Of a DNA stretch of 64,000 nucleotides, positions 1-13,110 are shown piece after piece. The notes beneath the pieces are model-generated. The model did not search any database, was not told the DNA's origin, and worked only from the letters and a program-made list of their open reading frames with translations. Within the stretch, counting starts at the first letter, position 1. Every line of letters begins with the position of its first letter. Made by a program: the position numbers and the translations under genes. Source of the stretch: Dicyema japonicum (taxonomy: Eukaryota > Animalia > Dicyemida); the NCBI GenBank assembly GCA_011109175.1, contig RDEW01000006.1, positions 359,668 through 423,667 of the forward strand, in the 5' to 3' direction.

Positions 1-515
1 TTGTTTATTTGTTTAGGTTTATTATTTGTTATTCTTTTTATTATTAAAAGAGAAATTCTAATCCTCTTACGTCTCTTTGCTTTCTCTCCTCTAGTAAAGA
101 TTTTGGTCAACTCTTAGTATTATTTTCTTTCCCGATAGTGCACAAAAATACTCATACATTGTGCATCAGAGGACATACTTAGGAGCAGATATTTCTATCC
201 ACTTTAATTTTACAAAGTAACGATTAACATCATATCATCACATAATAAATACTATTGTCTTAGCCCAACTACTACTGTTTGCAATAGCTCTTCATGTGTA
301 ATGTTATACTAATCCTCTTACGTCTCTTTGCTTTTCCCTTCTATCAAAGATATTGGTCATTTCTATTATAAATGCGGCCCTCGAAGCTAAATGATTTTGA
401 CACCCCTGCTCTAGCAGGATTTTCTACTTGCTACGAATTCATAATCCAAACGTCGTCTCTGATGTATTATGTGAATTTGTAAGCATGGTCGATTGTTGAG
501 ACGGAGTATGGATTA

Positions 516-2329
516 TTGTTGGAGGTCCATACTCCAAGAATCTTAAGACTTGTTCTACGTATATCTCTAAGTTCTACAACAAGAATCCCAATCTTAATTG
601 GTCATCTAAATTCTAAGAATACTAGTTATGGTTATTACAAGACAAATCAGGTTGGACTACGTTTAGATCTGTATTGTATTGGCCGACGATTCGGAATTCG
701 TGTCCATCGATATTCAATGTGGAGGGACATGGATGAGCTTAGGAGGGCTATACTCTAAGGACTTGGCCCGATCTTCTGCGAAAATTGTTCAATTTTTTTA
801 AACAAACCCTATGTCGATCTTGGTAGGAGACCTGAATACTAAGAATAAGAGCTACAGATATTGCAAAAACAACGGGGACGGGCGACTCCTAGTAGATCTT
901 GTTAACGAAATTGGAGTTGAAGTCTTGACGTCGGAGGAACCTAACCATTTTTCACACTATGGCGGTGACATGCTTGGATTGGCCCTAGTGTCTCCACAAC
1001 TCCTGGATCAATTAGACAGACCAAGGTTACTTTGGGACATAGGGAGTGATCATATCCCTCAGGAAATAACTATAAACCTGGAGCCAAACATTGCTGATGA
1101 TATTTTCTTGTACTTTGATACCTCGTCGATAGACTGGGTACATTATCGTCATTATTTGTCCAAGACGTTACTAATGAAGACTAATTCCTTTTCTACACCT
1201 AATGAGTTGGATGTTTTCAATTGGGAACTATCCAACACTATGCTAATGTATCTACGACTATATGGAAGGAAGGTCTACTCCAAGAGCTTTCTGAAGATTA
1301 AAGAGTCTTGCCCACTTTCAATACGAGATCTTATTCGCGAGAGGAATACTCTGAAGGCGAAGCACAGACGATGTGTTGATCTGTGGGACAGGAAAACTCT
1401 GAAAAGTAGAATTGATGTGACTAAAAAAATATTGGAAAGTAAACGCCGAAAATAAATTGAAGAATGCAGCCTCTTAGTTAACTGGAAGAACCCTTGTTTC
1501 TGGAAAATGTACAGAAGGCTAATAAATGGAAATTTAAAGGCAAAGAATATTGTGCTGACCGATCAAGAGGGAAGGACAATTCCCTTAGAAAGAGTACCTT
1601 CAGTATTCAGAAAACAACTAGAAAATATACATGAAGTTGACCCTATTAATATTATACCTAAAAATTTTCGAAGGAGATATTTAATTCTATGGATTACTCT
1701 ATAGGCTATCTGGAAAGTCTGGTAGAGGAAATTACTCTATCAAAGTCAGAGCTGTTATACGCGAGTGCAGAAACAAGGCTCCCGGATTCGTTAGCATTCC
1801 CATGATTATGTTTAAAGAAGGGTCTGATGAATTACTATTTGTTCTACGAAGGATGTATAACTCAAGTTTTAGGCTCGGACACGTTTCTCCGTTATGGAAG
1901 CGTTCTATTGTGAAGATGATTTTCAAACCTGGAAAGTCAAGGAAGGATCCTCTTAGTTATAGGCAAATAAGCCTATATGTTCTACATCAAAGATTATAGA
2001 ACGGATTCTATTTAAGAGATTGAATCGGTATATAGAAGAGAGTAACTTTCTACGACTTTACCAATGGGGTTTCCGTCCGGGAAGATCGTGTGGAAATTGT
2101 ATTCATCACTAAACTACGAAATTACAAATACATTTAAGAAGAAAAGCCAATTGAGCCTTATTTGCCTTGACATCTCAAAGGCGTTCAATAGTGTATGGAA
2201 CAATGCCTTATTCTGTCAACTCGTACGATCGAAGATATCTAAAGAAATGTTCCTATGGCTGAGGGACTATTTAACTGGGAAAATATCTCACGGGTAGTCG
2301 GTGGAGAATATTCGGATGGTACATCGTTT
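516..2329 (+). mobile_element. Degraded APE-type LINE, 5' part (endonuclease + N-terminal RT), interrupted by an RTE insertion
   Basis: APE motifs ILVGDLNTK and DIGSDH (811-1455); RT motifs WKRSIVKMIFKPGK, YRQISL, CLDISKAFNSVW (1802-2297); many frameshifts; resembles the element at 27307-30100. Confidence 0.85.
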
Positions 2330-4424
2330 GCTGCGGATATAAACCTGAAAGAGGACTACGTAACTAAAACACCCACTGAAGAAGCAACCGCTTTGAAACT
2401 CTTTGCAAATCAACAAAAGGCGATATGGATACAATGTCTAAATACAGATGACAAAAATACGAAACAGCGGCTACAAAAGGAAAGAAAAGTCATCAAAAAG
2501 AAAATATGAAAAGCTGCACGTCGGATATTAAAGAACGAAACAATGACAAAAATAGAAAAAATCGAAGGCCTTAAAGACAATGCGAAGTTTTATGAAGCTG
2601 TCGGACAAATCAGAAAACTACCAAGGAAAACACTGATTTTACGATATGAAGAAGGAAAACATATTGCTAACCAGCAAGAAATTGCAGAACTTATAGCGGA
2701 TTATTTTGAAGCACAATTTGTATCAAAAAATAGCAAAAAACTCACCATTAACACGGATCAGGGAAAATTAGACGAAGAAATAACTTTGGAAAAAGTGATG
2801 ACAGCAAGTTACAAACTGAAGGACAATAAGAGTCTTGGCCCAGTTGGCTTAAATGGTGAATTTTTCAAATATGGAACTCAAAAGCTATACATGATAATTG
2901 CCTAGATTCTAAACGAAACGTATAGTAAAGGAGCCACTTTGCCACTTGGAGAATGACTATTGATACTAGTACAGAAGCTAAACAAAAAATCGGGGAAAGT
3001 AACTCAAAAGCTATACATGATAATTGCCTAGATTCTAAACGAAACGTATAGTAAAGGAGCCACTTTGCCACTTGGAGAAGGACTATTGATACTAGTACAG
3101 AAGCTAAACAAAAAATCGGGGAAAGTTGAGAACCTAAGACCAGTGGTCTTAACCAACACATTAGGGAAGATACTAGCCAATATTACGCTTCAAAGAATGG
3201 AGGGTCGCCTAGATTCGTACCTGTCGTCTTATCAAAGTGGCTTCCGCAAAGGGAGATCAACGTCAGATGTTATATGGAGCCACAAATGGAGAAGTGCGAC
3301 TGTTCAAAAATTTAAAATAACGACAACCATTTTGGGGATTGATATGTCAAAGGCCTTTGATTCCGTCAACAGGAACAAGCTGCTGCAAATACTGGAGCAC
3401 TTCTTGGAGGGCTCAACGATTAGGATGATAAATACACTCTTGACGGACACGAGTTTGATGGTCAGGACTGGGAAAGCTTTATCGAGGACATTTGAAACGA
3501 CAATTGGTACCCCTCAAGGAGATCCATTATCCCCGATTTTGTTCATTATTTATCTGGAGGCAGCTCTACGAGACTTGAAGCCTCATATCAGAGAAGGAAC
3601 GAGCATAATAGCATATGCGGACGACGTGGACTTTATTTCGAATAATAAAGAAGAGTTAATTGCACTTTTGGAGAAAATGCCTGATAAAATGGCTGAGTGG
3701 TCATTAAAAGTAAACACACCAAAACCGAAATCACGGAGCTAAAAAGAAGTAAGGAAAGGACCGACGAGCACTGGCGTAGATCAAAAAAATTAGGATCCCT
3801 TCTCGGTGACACCGAAGATATAACACGAAGGAAGACACTAACTAATGTCGCTTTCAACAAAATGAAGAAGACCTGGCTTCTTCACAAATGGCTTGACCCT
3901 AAAACTCGAATGAAACTATACAATGCCTTAGTGAGGCCAATCCTATTATATAATGCCGGTACATGGGCATGTACAGGGCAGGAACTCGAAAAGTGGAATT
4001 CTTTTTACAGAAATCATCTTCAAGCACTCCTTTTTTCTCGAAGCTTTTTCAAAATGCCGCCCAAAATCTTATACAAGAGAACAGGAACTAAGCCAATATC
4101 ATGTGATATTACTGATTCAAGATGGAGGGTCTTTGGACACATACTCCGCCACGATATGGGGACCCCTGCCAACATAGCAATGGAGGAGTATTTTGTCTTA
4201 GAAGCTTCTCGTTTCCGCGGCCGGCCGGAGACAACACTGCCGGTTATTCTAGATGAAGATCTCAGGAGGATTGGAAAGTGCCTTAAAGATGGGGATGATC
4301 TAGATATGCTACGGAACATGGCAACGGATCGAAAAAGATGGGGGACGTTAATTAGATTGTTAACTTTCCGTGTTGCACATGCTTTGTATGATCTTGGCAT
4401 CGCGTACGTGCCTATAATAATAAT
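2330..4424 (+). mobile_element. 5'-truncated RTE-like LINE
   Basis: RT motifs LRPVVLTN, YQSGFRKGRST, DMSKAFDSV, GTPQGDPLSP, YADD; RTE-type C-terminus RWRVFGHILR..RGRP; (TAA)n tail; ATCGTTT duplicated at 2323-2329 and 4425-4431. Confidence 0.88.
2875..3125 (+). repeat. 126-nt tandem duplication inside the RTE RT
   Basis: aactcaaaagctatacatg...gggaaagt starts at 2875 and again at 3001, near-identical. Confidence 0.9.
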
Positions 4425-5200
4425 ATCGTTTAAAAGGGGAGTGCCACAGGGATCTATCCTAAGCCCCCTGTTATTCAACATTTTATGGTAGATTTTCTGT
4501 CACCGCAAGACGTCAGGGCCAAGCTGATGATATACGCGGACGACATCTTAAACCTGGATTCGTCTCTGAAGGCATACCTCTCAGAGCGGCGACTAGGAGC
4601 TTTTATCGACGAAGTCCAGGGTTGGTGCGATCGGAGAAACATGAAACTCTCCATGGAAAAATTCAGTTATTTGAACATAAGCAGGCCGAGAAGGCATCAG
4701 GAAAAGTCTTACACCCATCGTATACTGACAGTTTCATCCATGAAATACCTGGGGATTGCTGTAGATGGGAGAAGATCATACCTGAAGGACATCGAAGGGC
4801 GAAGGAAGAAGGCTTTGCAAGCATTGTTCTGCACTAGAAGACTAAAGTTGGATGTTGATTCCATCCTCTTTGTCTTTCGGAATGTGATTCTTCCCAGACT
4901 TATTTAAGGAAGCGAGGGATGGTTTTACATTCCCTCGAGAGAGAAGATTCTTGCCAGACTAGAGAAAACAAGGCGAGTGGCAATCAAACTATCCCTTGGT
5001 AAGAAATTGTACAAAGGCCTGACTGTGGAAGAGAACAAACTTGTGAGGCCAGTAAGGGAGGATATTCAAAACAGGATGCTTAACTATCTTGACTAGTAAT
5101 TGGATATCAAGGAAAAAAAGGGTACCCGGATGAACAGTCCAGGCCAACCGGCGGAATGATAGTTGTTTCAATATATTCTCGTGTTGTTTTGGACGGACGC
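4425..5200 (+). mobile_element. 3' part of the interrupted APE-type LINE
   Basis: RT resumes with KRGVPQGSILSPLLFN, LMIYADD, MKYLGI, exactly where the 5' part broke off. Confidence 0.85.
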
Positions 5201-6270
5201 TCGTTGTTATGATTATGCCTGTTGTGAGAAAAGCACCTGAAAATAATTTTCCCACTTCGAAGAAAAAGGTAACAGCCAAGTCAACTGAGATGTGTTCGTC
5301 CTGTTGGCTTGTCAAAACTCGGAATCGTAGGATCTCTTGCTCTGCTTGTGGAGATTTCTTTCACCTCAGGTGTATCAAGCTATCCCAAGCCGCAGCGAGA
5401 GTGCTTGGAGTATGGCACTGCCAGTCATCTTCAGCCTATGCAGGGAGGTTCCCCGTGCCCGTGCCAACGTTAACTCTTCAGTTAACTTTTCAGTCACGGA
5501 CCCTGAAATATTCATACGTCTCATCTCTGAATTACGTTCTTCACGGACCATCCCTCTGAGGATTCCCAAGGCCATACGACCTGTTTCTGCGGAGGCCTTT
5601 TCCAAAACGATTGAAAATGCCCTCCGGACTAACGCAGTACATGATTGGATGCGCTTATTCAGTTTTGCGCCTTTCGCACAGGACTTGATCGGAAAGGAGT
5701 CTCTCGCCACCACCTTGAGGACCAACGTTCGTTCTTTTTGGGAAGTATCCACATCCCCAGTTGTCCCATGGCATTTAACCGTACGAGGGAGACACGTGGT
5801 CACATCGAGGAAGTCGAAGTGCTCCGTCTTAAAAGAACTGTTTGGTCGGAGTTAATCGAGGGTGGCACCCGCGCAGCCATCAGAGCACTTTCCTCGAGTG
5901 GACCACGAAAACCGACTCTTGACGCCTACAATATTTTACTGAACAAGCATCCACTGCAACCCCAAAACTTACGCCAAGTCGATCCCCCATCCAGAGTGAG
6001 TCTTCTGATTGCATCAAACGATGAGGTTCTCCTCGCAATATGGAATGTTGCTTTTAGTAGCAGTGTCGGGCTCGACGGAATGAGACCTGGCTACCTGAAG
6101 GATCTAACCTCTTTGTCCGTAGGAGACCAGGGACTTCGTTTTACGAATTCAATTACTTAACTTATGAACCGGATCATGTCTGGAGTTATTCCCGAAGTTA
6201 TCCTCCATGTCCTGTTCTCGACAATTTGATAGCCTTCGATAAGAAGGGAGGCGGTTATTCGCCTTTTGGT
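5200..6270 (+). mobile_element. CRE-like RLE-type LINE fragment with PHD finger and RT N-terminus
   Basis: PHD-like C..C..CSACGDFFHLRC..WHC in ORF 5209-5559; IPKAIRPVSAEAF and SSVGLDGMRPGYLKDL motifs shared with 57700-58550 and 61450-63180. Confidence 0.8.
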
Positions 6271-6912
6271 ACAATTCCGTACCATTCGAAACTCTAAATT
6301 ATTTGCATTTTGTTATTTTATTTATTGAAATACATGTCATTTCAAAACACAACCTTGCTTGGCCGTTTTCGATAACCTTTTGTGTAAATTTTTTGACACC
6401 TTAAGAAATCCACTTATCTCATTCATTTCTCAAATATGATTTGAATGCAGAATTAACTCTTACATCCCACGGTTGAAGATTTGGAATTGTTTTCACAGGC
6501 GAGAAGTTTTAGTCCTCGAGAACACGAAGAATATAAATATCTGGGTATTACTTAAATTCTTAAGTTCATTGTTATGCCCGATACAAAGCGACAAATTACT
6601 GAAGACAAACGTAGAAGAGCTGCGTTATTATGTAAGACGTCTTTAAATGAAGGGATTTGTGCTATTCGCTGCTAAACCATTACATAGGCATTGGCCTCAG
6701 ATCTTGGTCTATGAGCAGATCTCAGAATGAGCGAAGTGAAAAAGGTATCCACACAAGTTACATCCCAAATTAATGATTTTCTCAAAAGCTGTCACAAAGC
6801 TCGGGAATATATCTCGATGGCTATTAACAGAATAAGTGAATATTTTAAGTAAAATAAACAATTAACCCAATTTACCAATAAAGAATCATAATTAGCTTAA
6901 CTAAAGAAATGG

Positions 6913-8375
6913 TTAGGTGAAGAATGATTTTTTACGAGATTTGATATAAATATTAGCAATGACGCCAGTAAGTATTATAAATAGTACCAATGACAACAGT
7001 AGTCCGACAACTCCACACACGATTCCAATTATTCGATGTGTCGTCAGTTTTTTTACGGATTTAGTTTCAGACAATATTAGATCTTTAAAACTTATTTTAT
7101 CTAAAATTCAGTCGGGTTCACTCACCATCTGCAATAGTATTATAAATAGTACCAATGACAACAGTAGTCCGACAACTCCACACACGATTCCAATTATTTG
7201 ATGTGTCGTCAGTTTTTTTACGGATTTAGTTTCAGACGATATTAGATCTTTAAAACTTATTTTATCTAAAATTCAGTCGGGTTCACTCACCATCTGCAAT
7301 ATTATGATGTTAATCGTGGTTTTTTTGTCCTTAATTTCAGTAGATGACTGTGTTTCAAAGCATCCTTCATCTAAAATTCAGCCGGATTTATTTACCATCT
7401 CCAATAAATTCAAAAATCAGATCATTGCGGAAAAATTGTAATTTCAGAGCTGAAATTTCGATAGTCACATTTTTATAGTTTTGTGAGATGAATCCACATT
7501 GATAAAATCCTCCCATTTTAATTTTTTTAAATTGCTTTTCCAATGAAACGCATTTATTCCTTCTGTACCCAACATAAACAGAAAATTTATAAATATGATA
7601 TGTATTCTCATATTGTTCATACGCCGTAATAGTTATAGTATGATCACTAGTCAATACATATTTATAGTCACTATAATAATTTGTTAGAATATTATAATCA
7701 TAATCACTGAAATGCTCATCTGTTATCTAAGAATCAATGTTCACGTGTACAATTCTGTTATTGTCAATATATGATATTTTGATATTTCCACTTATTACTC
7801 CTCTCATTATCTTTTCGTTAAATAAAAACCAAATCGGCGTATTTGGGTCATTATTTGGGTTACAGTCATTAGCTAAATAAATTTTAATTAAAACCTTTTC
7901 CAGTAAAATAATATAATCTACCATTATCGTGATATTGCAACTTGTTAGAATAAATTGTAACATATAAATGATTCGGAAATCTAATATGAGTAAAACCACA
8001 TCGGTAGTAATCCCCATATTTAGTTTTTGGTATCTTTGTGATATTTTTATAATGTTTACCACCTTAAGTACAACAAGAAAGTACCATAAACAATTTATGT
8101 TATTAAGTCAATAGTATAAAACTCATTGTAAAAGTGTGGAATAAATTTAAAATTTATATTATTAAGAGATAAACTATCCATGAGTCTTCCAGTCATCTAT
8201 ATGTTGATCTCTATTTAGCATCCATAACAGAAATTCCTAAATTTAAGGAAATATATACTTTAGAAGTATTTTTCTGTATTACATATGAGTCAATTAATAT
8301 ATATTTCCTACCACATTTTATTTTAACGAGTTTGCTAAAAAGAATAAATATTATAAAATGAATAGTTCCGTTCAT
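6913..8375 (-). pseudogene. Multi-exon type I membrane protein gene (signal peptide, two internal repeats, C-terminal TM), disabled
   Basis: Hand splicing: introns 8063-8084 (22 nt), 7873-7894 (22), 7727-7750 (24), 7371-7395 (25), 7266-7290 (25); N-term MNGTIHFIIFILFSKLVKIKC; repeats KTKYGDYYRCGF..VTIYSNKLQYHDNGRLYYFTG and KIKMGGFYQCGF..VTIEISALKLQFFRNDLIFEFIG; TM IIGIVCGVVGLLLSLVLFIIL..KSRKK; in-frame TAA at 8095-8097 and 1-nt frame break in exon 7291-7370; 5' exon structure ambiguous. Confidence 0.7.
6971..7300. repeat. 165-nt tandem duplication covering an intron plus the TM exon
   Basis: Units 6971-7135 and 7136-7300 differ at 2 positions. Confidence 0.95.
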
Positions 8376-8489
8376 GTAATCTAAATATTATTAGGTCAAT
8401 GTTATTTTATTTAACTATTCAACATGTTATTTTTTTATTTAATTATTATTTAATATCTATAATAATAGATATTTTATTAATTTTTTTAT

Positions 8490-8900
8490 GATAACTATCA
8501 TACTGGACTAATTTGAAGAAAGAAAATAGAGTAAAAGGTTATATAGAGGCTGCTCGTCTCGGTTTTCTCATTGGCATAACAGTATGAATAATTGACCAGT
8601 TCAAATATATATGGACATCTTTCTTTGCAGGCCTCTAGAAAGCAGTCTCTTCTTAAACTGTTTAAAGCGTTCTTGATATCCAGCTTTACCATAATGTGCC
8701 TTTTAAATTCTTGATTGCTGCGGTCCCTGAATGTCCTGACGGAGTGAACGGCTGCCTCACATCAGAGACGAACTCCGATTCCAACTTGACTGGGAAGTAA
8801 AGATTTTGAGAAGATTGACGTAAAAAATCTGGAAACAATCTTGGTTGCTAGTCTCCTGAAGGTGAATCCGACCGCGATCGGGCGGATTTGTTTCTAAGCA
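8490..8900 (-). mobile_element. CRE-like RT fragment
   Basis: FRPIAVGFTFRRL, SQVGIG, VKLDIKNALNSLRRD motifs. Confidence 0.75.
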
Positions 8901-9224
8901 AAAATCAAAAAATTTATTTTTTTAAGTTATATTGGCTCGACCCATGTTGACAATTTTCAAATCTCCGAACGTTCCCTATTCTGTGATAACAAAATTAAAT
9001 AAACTTCCATTTGTTTGTTTGACAAAATTTTAGCAATTTCATTTGGTTCTTCATATGGAGATTCAAATCTGCTCAACTTAAGCGATGGATTAGTCCCATA
9101 ATCCTTTAAAACTCATATCTAAAATTATTATTAACCAAGAACACCAATAGTTAATATAATTACTAAATTAAGTGATCTCGAAGGTTTCATTCAGATTTCT
9201 TATTTTCTCCTCGTGCGCCTTCTA

Positions 9225-9630
9225 TTATCCAACACAACTTCTCTGTGGGCGGGGTGGTTTCTGGAATAGGAATTGGAGAGGGGTGATGTATACCCTTCTC
9301 ATAAGACACGTCGTGGCTGTGTATTGTTGAGAGTTGCACTGCTTGCACAGGGTAGCAAATCCTTTTCCATTTTGTCGGATAAGGTCTTCAATTGATGAGG
9401 GTATTAATTTTTCTAGTTTCCCGAGATTACTAATAGTAGTGGCTGTTAAGGCCTGAATGTCGCGGATTCTTTGTTTGTTCCTCCAGGACAAATTGATTCC
9501 TCATGACGTACAGGCATAGCAGACAGATGGCTCAATGAATTGTTTGTACAACAATAGTTCGGAAAGGGGTTTTACTGCAAACTGAAAATAGTTTTGATTT
9601 TCCCTAGCTTTCTTGAGCAGCTGTTTAATC
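9225..9630 (-). mobile_element. ingi/Vingi-like LINE RT C-terminal fragment
   Basis: LYKQFIEPSVCYAC..W motif, also seen at 48814-49311. Confidence 0.6.
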
Positions 9631-11268
9631 CATCCTGTTATTATTTCTAACGAGGGTGCTTTCATGCTCCCCCTTTAGTAAACTGTTTCTCGCCTTCTAT
9701 CATTTAATTACTCCAATTTCCTCTCAATCTGTCTTTGAACGGCTTGTTCAAAGAAACATCAAGTGGCTGCACAACACTTGTTAGTCCACCAGGAATAACT
9801 GCGACATCAGTGTTGTTGCATTTAAGTTATCTTTTGACGGAGTCCACTAGATGGGCTTTGAAAGAATCCATACGAGAAGACTTTTCTTCTTTAACATTCC
9901 TCCAGGTCTGAGTTCCATACTATTTATATCCAGATCTTGATTCCCTCCTTATTTATCCATCCTTTCGGATGATTTTAAACACCAACTTAAAGTTCCTTTG
10001 AAATCGGAAATCTTGCTTTGTTTGGCACAACCATTTTCAAGAATTTTTGTTGTTCGTCACCAAGACAAATCATATTTCTTGTGACCACGAACCCACACTT
10101 TTGTTGCTCCTCGACCCAGTATACAAGTTCTTATTTAAGTGGTAGCCACTGGCAACTATTCCCTCTATTAGCACATTTGTTTCTTGGCATCACTGCTAGC
10201 TGTGTTGTATTGCGTTTCCAATCTCTTACTAGTTTCTCATTTACGCCAAACTTTTTTGAGGCAAAACAGTTGTTAGTTTCTTCGGCAAAGTTTACAACAT
10301 GCTGTTTAACTGGCAGAGTAATTCATTTGTTTAGACATGGCTAAGTATATTGATTGAATGTAACCGAAAACACTTTATTCAACAGGAATTAAGAGTTAGT
10401 GAAGTGGTTATTAACGCCTATGCGGCCTGGACTCTTTCGATGCACCTCATCTCCATTTTAATTTCGTCCTCGCGTCGGATCCCATAAATCCTATTAACGC
10501 CCTTATATCCAGAGCGTAGTAAGTTCAAAGCTAGTAAGCCCATTTCCAGTAAGTTCTTTCCTAGTAGGTCTATTCCCCAGTATGTTCTTACACAGTATTC
10601 CAAAGCCGTTTTGTAGGGACCAGTTGATGTGGTTCACATAGTCTACCATAGAACACAATTCGATGTAAGAAATAATTGGTGTCCAACTTGGAAAATATCC
10701 AGAGATTTTGACCCTGTGTCTACTGCGCCTTTCAATAGGTTCCTTCTTAATTGTGAGTATGTCCTTTCGACTTGTGATATGTTTCTCCACCCTATAATAG
10801 GTTTCCCCACTATGTAATAAGTTCCTGCGTTTGCAATATTGTTATTCGTCTTGAGGAGATTCCCTCGGAGTGAATAGGTTCCTTCATCTTGTAATATGGC
10901 CCTTGTAATGTGTATCATCGATTCGTCTTGTAATATGACTCTTTTAATGTGTATCTTCGCCTTGAAACTCTTTCGAGTTGAGAACGTGAAAGTAGGACCA
11001 ATGGCACCAATGGCGAATGCCACCCCATTCACCGATAGCACCACCACCCCACCATCAATTCATTAGAATGTTTACGTAGTTATCATTTTATACCATTCAC
11101 TTCTATAATTAGATTGATCTTTGCAAGAATTTTTTTTGTGAAGAGTGTAGTAATTACCATCACATTTGAAGCGATGAATACGAAGTTGAAATTCATGGTA
11201 TAAGTCGAGGTCAATTTTTAGGTCGATTTTTGATCGAAAAAGGTTGACTTATAAACAGGAAAATACGG
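9630..11268 (-). mobile_element. pogo/Tc2-type DNA transposon remnant, interrupted
   Basis: Frameshifted transposase: HTH region (FGVNEKLVRDWKRN) and DDE_1 region (DSFKAHL, AVIPGGLTSVVQPLDVSLNKPFK) at about 9650-10340; terminus CCGTATTTTC..TATAAGTC ending at 11268 next to TA. Confidence 0.8.
10350..11060 (-). mobile_element. Possible CR1/L2-like LINE 3' fragment inserted in the pogo element
   Basis: YKTALEYCV..W and IERVQ motif; cattcaatcaat tail-like end; upstream ORF 10643-11047 unassigned. Confidence 0.35.
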
Positions 11269-11399
11269 TAGATATTTAGTTAGTTAAGTAACCCCAGCCT
11301 CCAGCCGCTATTAAATGGGACGCGACGATTACAGGTCAATCCCAAAGTGCAGTTTTTTCTGAAATGTGATGTTTTCAATTCCTTCGATATATAAAGCTA

Positions 11400-11920
11400 A
11401 AAAACAAACTATTTTTTACAGCTGAGTACTTGCCGACTGCATGATATATTAAATCGATAGCATCTCCCGAATTATAGAAATACAAATGATAGAATAAACG
11501 ATAAAATGACTATTCTAAGACACTGACCATGCGATTATATGGTTACCTCTGAGTTTTTGAGTTCTTAGTAGGCTATTTAGATTAAAGTGGAAGGTCTATG
11601 AAAAATACCTGCTAACACTCACAACAGATTAAAGTTACACCCACCAATGCCAATGTTCTGGGAGTGTGATTAGATTGTTTAATTTTAATAATTAAAATAT
11701 AGTAAAATAATAAGGTAATTAAAGTAGACTGATAGTTTTCCCAATTTCTCGAAAGCATTTTCTGGAAGAGCCCATTTTAATTCTGGATTTCCTCTTGTGT
11801 TCACCTGTAACCTACTCCCAATTTAAATCTAATAATAATTATTTAGTTTTGATTGAGTTTATTTTTAGAGATTTGAAAAATGCATATTTCGTGATTATTT
11901 GAAAATTTTGTATTTTAATG
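11400..11920 (-). pseudogene. Degenerate leucine-rich-repeat gene relic
   Basis: Fragments in different frames: IITKYAFFKSLKINSI, GNPELKWALPENAFEKLGKLSV, LKLNNLITLPE, LLRTQKLRGNHI; no continuous splice path found. Confidence 0.4.
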
Positions 11921-12689
11921 ATAAAAATTTAAATGAATTTTATTTCGCATTAATATATTTTGTTGTTAATTTAAATTTAAAAATTTTATTTGGTTAACCT
12001 ATAAGTAAATAAAATTTAAAGTGCATTTGGCGGACTTTTATATGTCGTAATCTCAACTGTAGAATCCAAGTAGTATTTAGTGATTCGTATTCAATGTTCA
12101 TAGAATATAAAGTTGAAATTCAATTTGAGATATAGAATCAATCAAAAGCCATAGAAATCTTCGTAATTGTGATCAATACCCTTGGAATATACGACAAATA
12201 CTATTTCGGCTTACAGTTTGAGAGTTAAAATGGCGATTTGGTTTTAATCAACTAACCGCAGTTTCATTAGATTTGGGTTGAATTGCAGTCTAACTTAAAC
12301 GACAGCTCAGAGACTGCGGCAAACTGTTTTTAAAGCCAAGTTTTACATGGAAATCCCTCAGAGTCCCATGACGAACTCACTCTGTAATTTCACTAGAAAC
12401 CCAGGTACTTGATCTCCTCGGAGATCTTCAACGATTTGAGATACAGCAAATTTCCTGATTTTGAGAACGCTAGCAAATTCATCATAGTGTGTATCCTTCA
12501 AGGTAACACTTCTACCAACGTGATTAGCTGACCTAGGAGACTACGACCCAGAGACATATTCCATGTGGATTTTGCTTCATTTGTATCCAACTTTTCCACG
12601 TGGCCTCAACTGGAATTCTAAATCAATATGAACTGCTCAAGTTGGCCGAAAATTGTGTTTTAGAGGAATGCCCCAGAATGTGTGAAAAA

Positions 12690-13110
12690 TGAATATCCAA
12701 TCCTTATGACAAACAATGAATATCCAATCCTTGTTGGGGACATGAACGCTAAACATACTGACTATGGTTGTGTAACAACCAATCAAGATGGAAAATGCCT
12801 TGTAAAATGAATGAAGTCTGGAGAGTTAAAGATTTTAACTTCAGTCGAAATTATGCAATTAAACTCGCACATGGATTGGATTTAGCATCTGAATTTGATG
12901 ACGAACACGAAAGAAAAACGAGAAGAATCGGTGATTTATTACATTGCTTGTGGAAACTCGCATTGTAATTGGGACTTTTTACGGAGAAGAGACATACGGT
13001 GTCTCATGAGAGTGCCCCGATATAGACGACCCCAAATCTTGGCTTTCCTCTTTAGTTAATGGCTCTTACCTTGTTTAGTTAGTTGGGGTTTTGCGAATAA
13101 ATTATGTTAT
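12690..13110 (+). mobile_element. Internally deleted copy of the 27307-30100 LINE (APE segment fused to 3' end)
   Basis: NEYPILVGDMNAKHTDYGCV..KILTSVE joined directly to YAIKLAHGLDLASE and the 3' UTR. Confidence 0.9.

Noticed and set aside
7895-8062. First half of ORF-track ORF 7727-8062 as the real protein
   Set aside because: Splice phases and homology to the second repeat show a different frame for this exon
8900-9200. Possible further mini-intron gene (MKPSRSLNLVIILTIGVL...)
   Set aside because: No splice path keeps an open frame; the needed intron would be only 17 nt
9225-9491. RRVYITP resembling a cellular RdRP motif
   Set aside because: In frame with a LINE RT C-terminus and no other RdRP motif nearby
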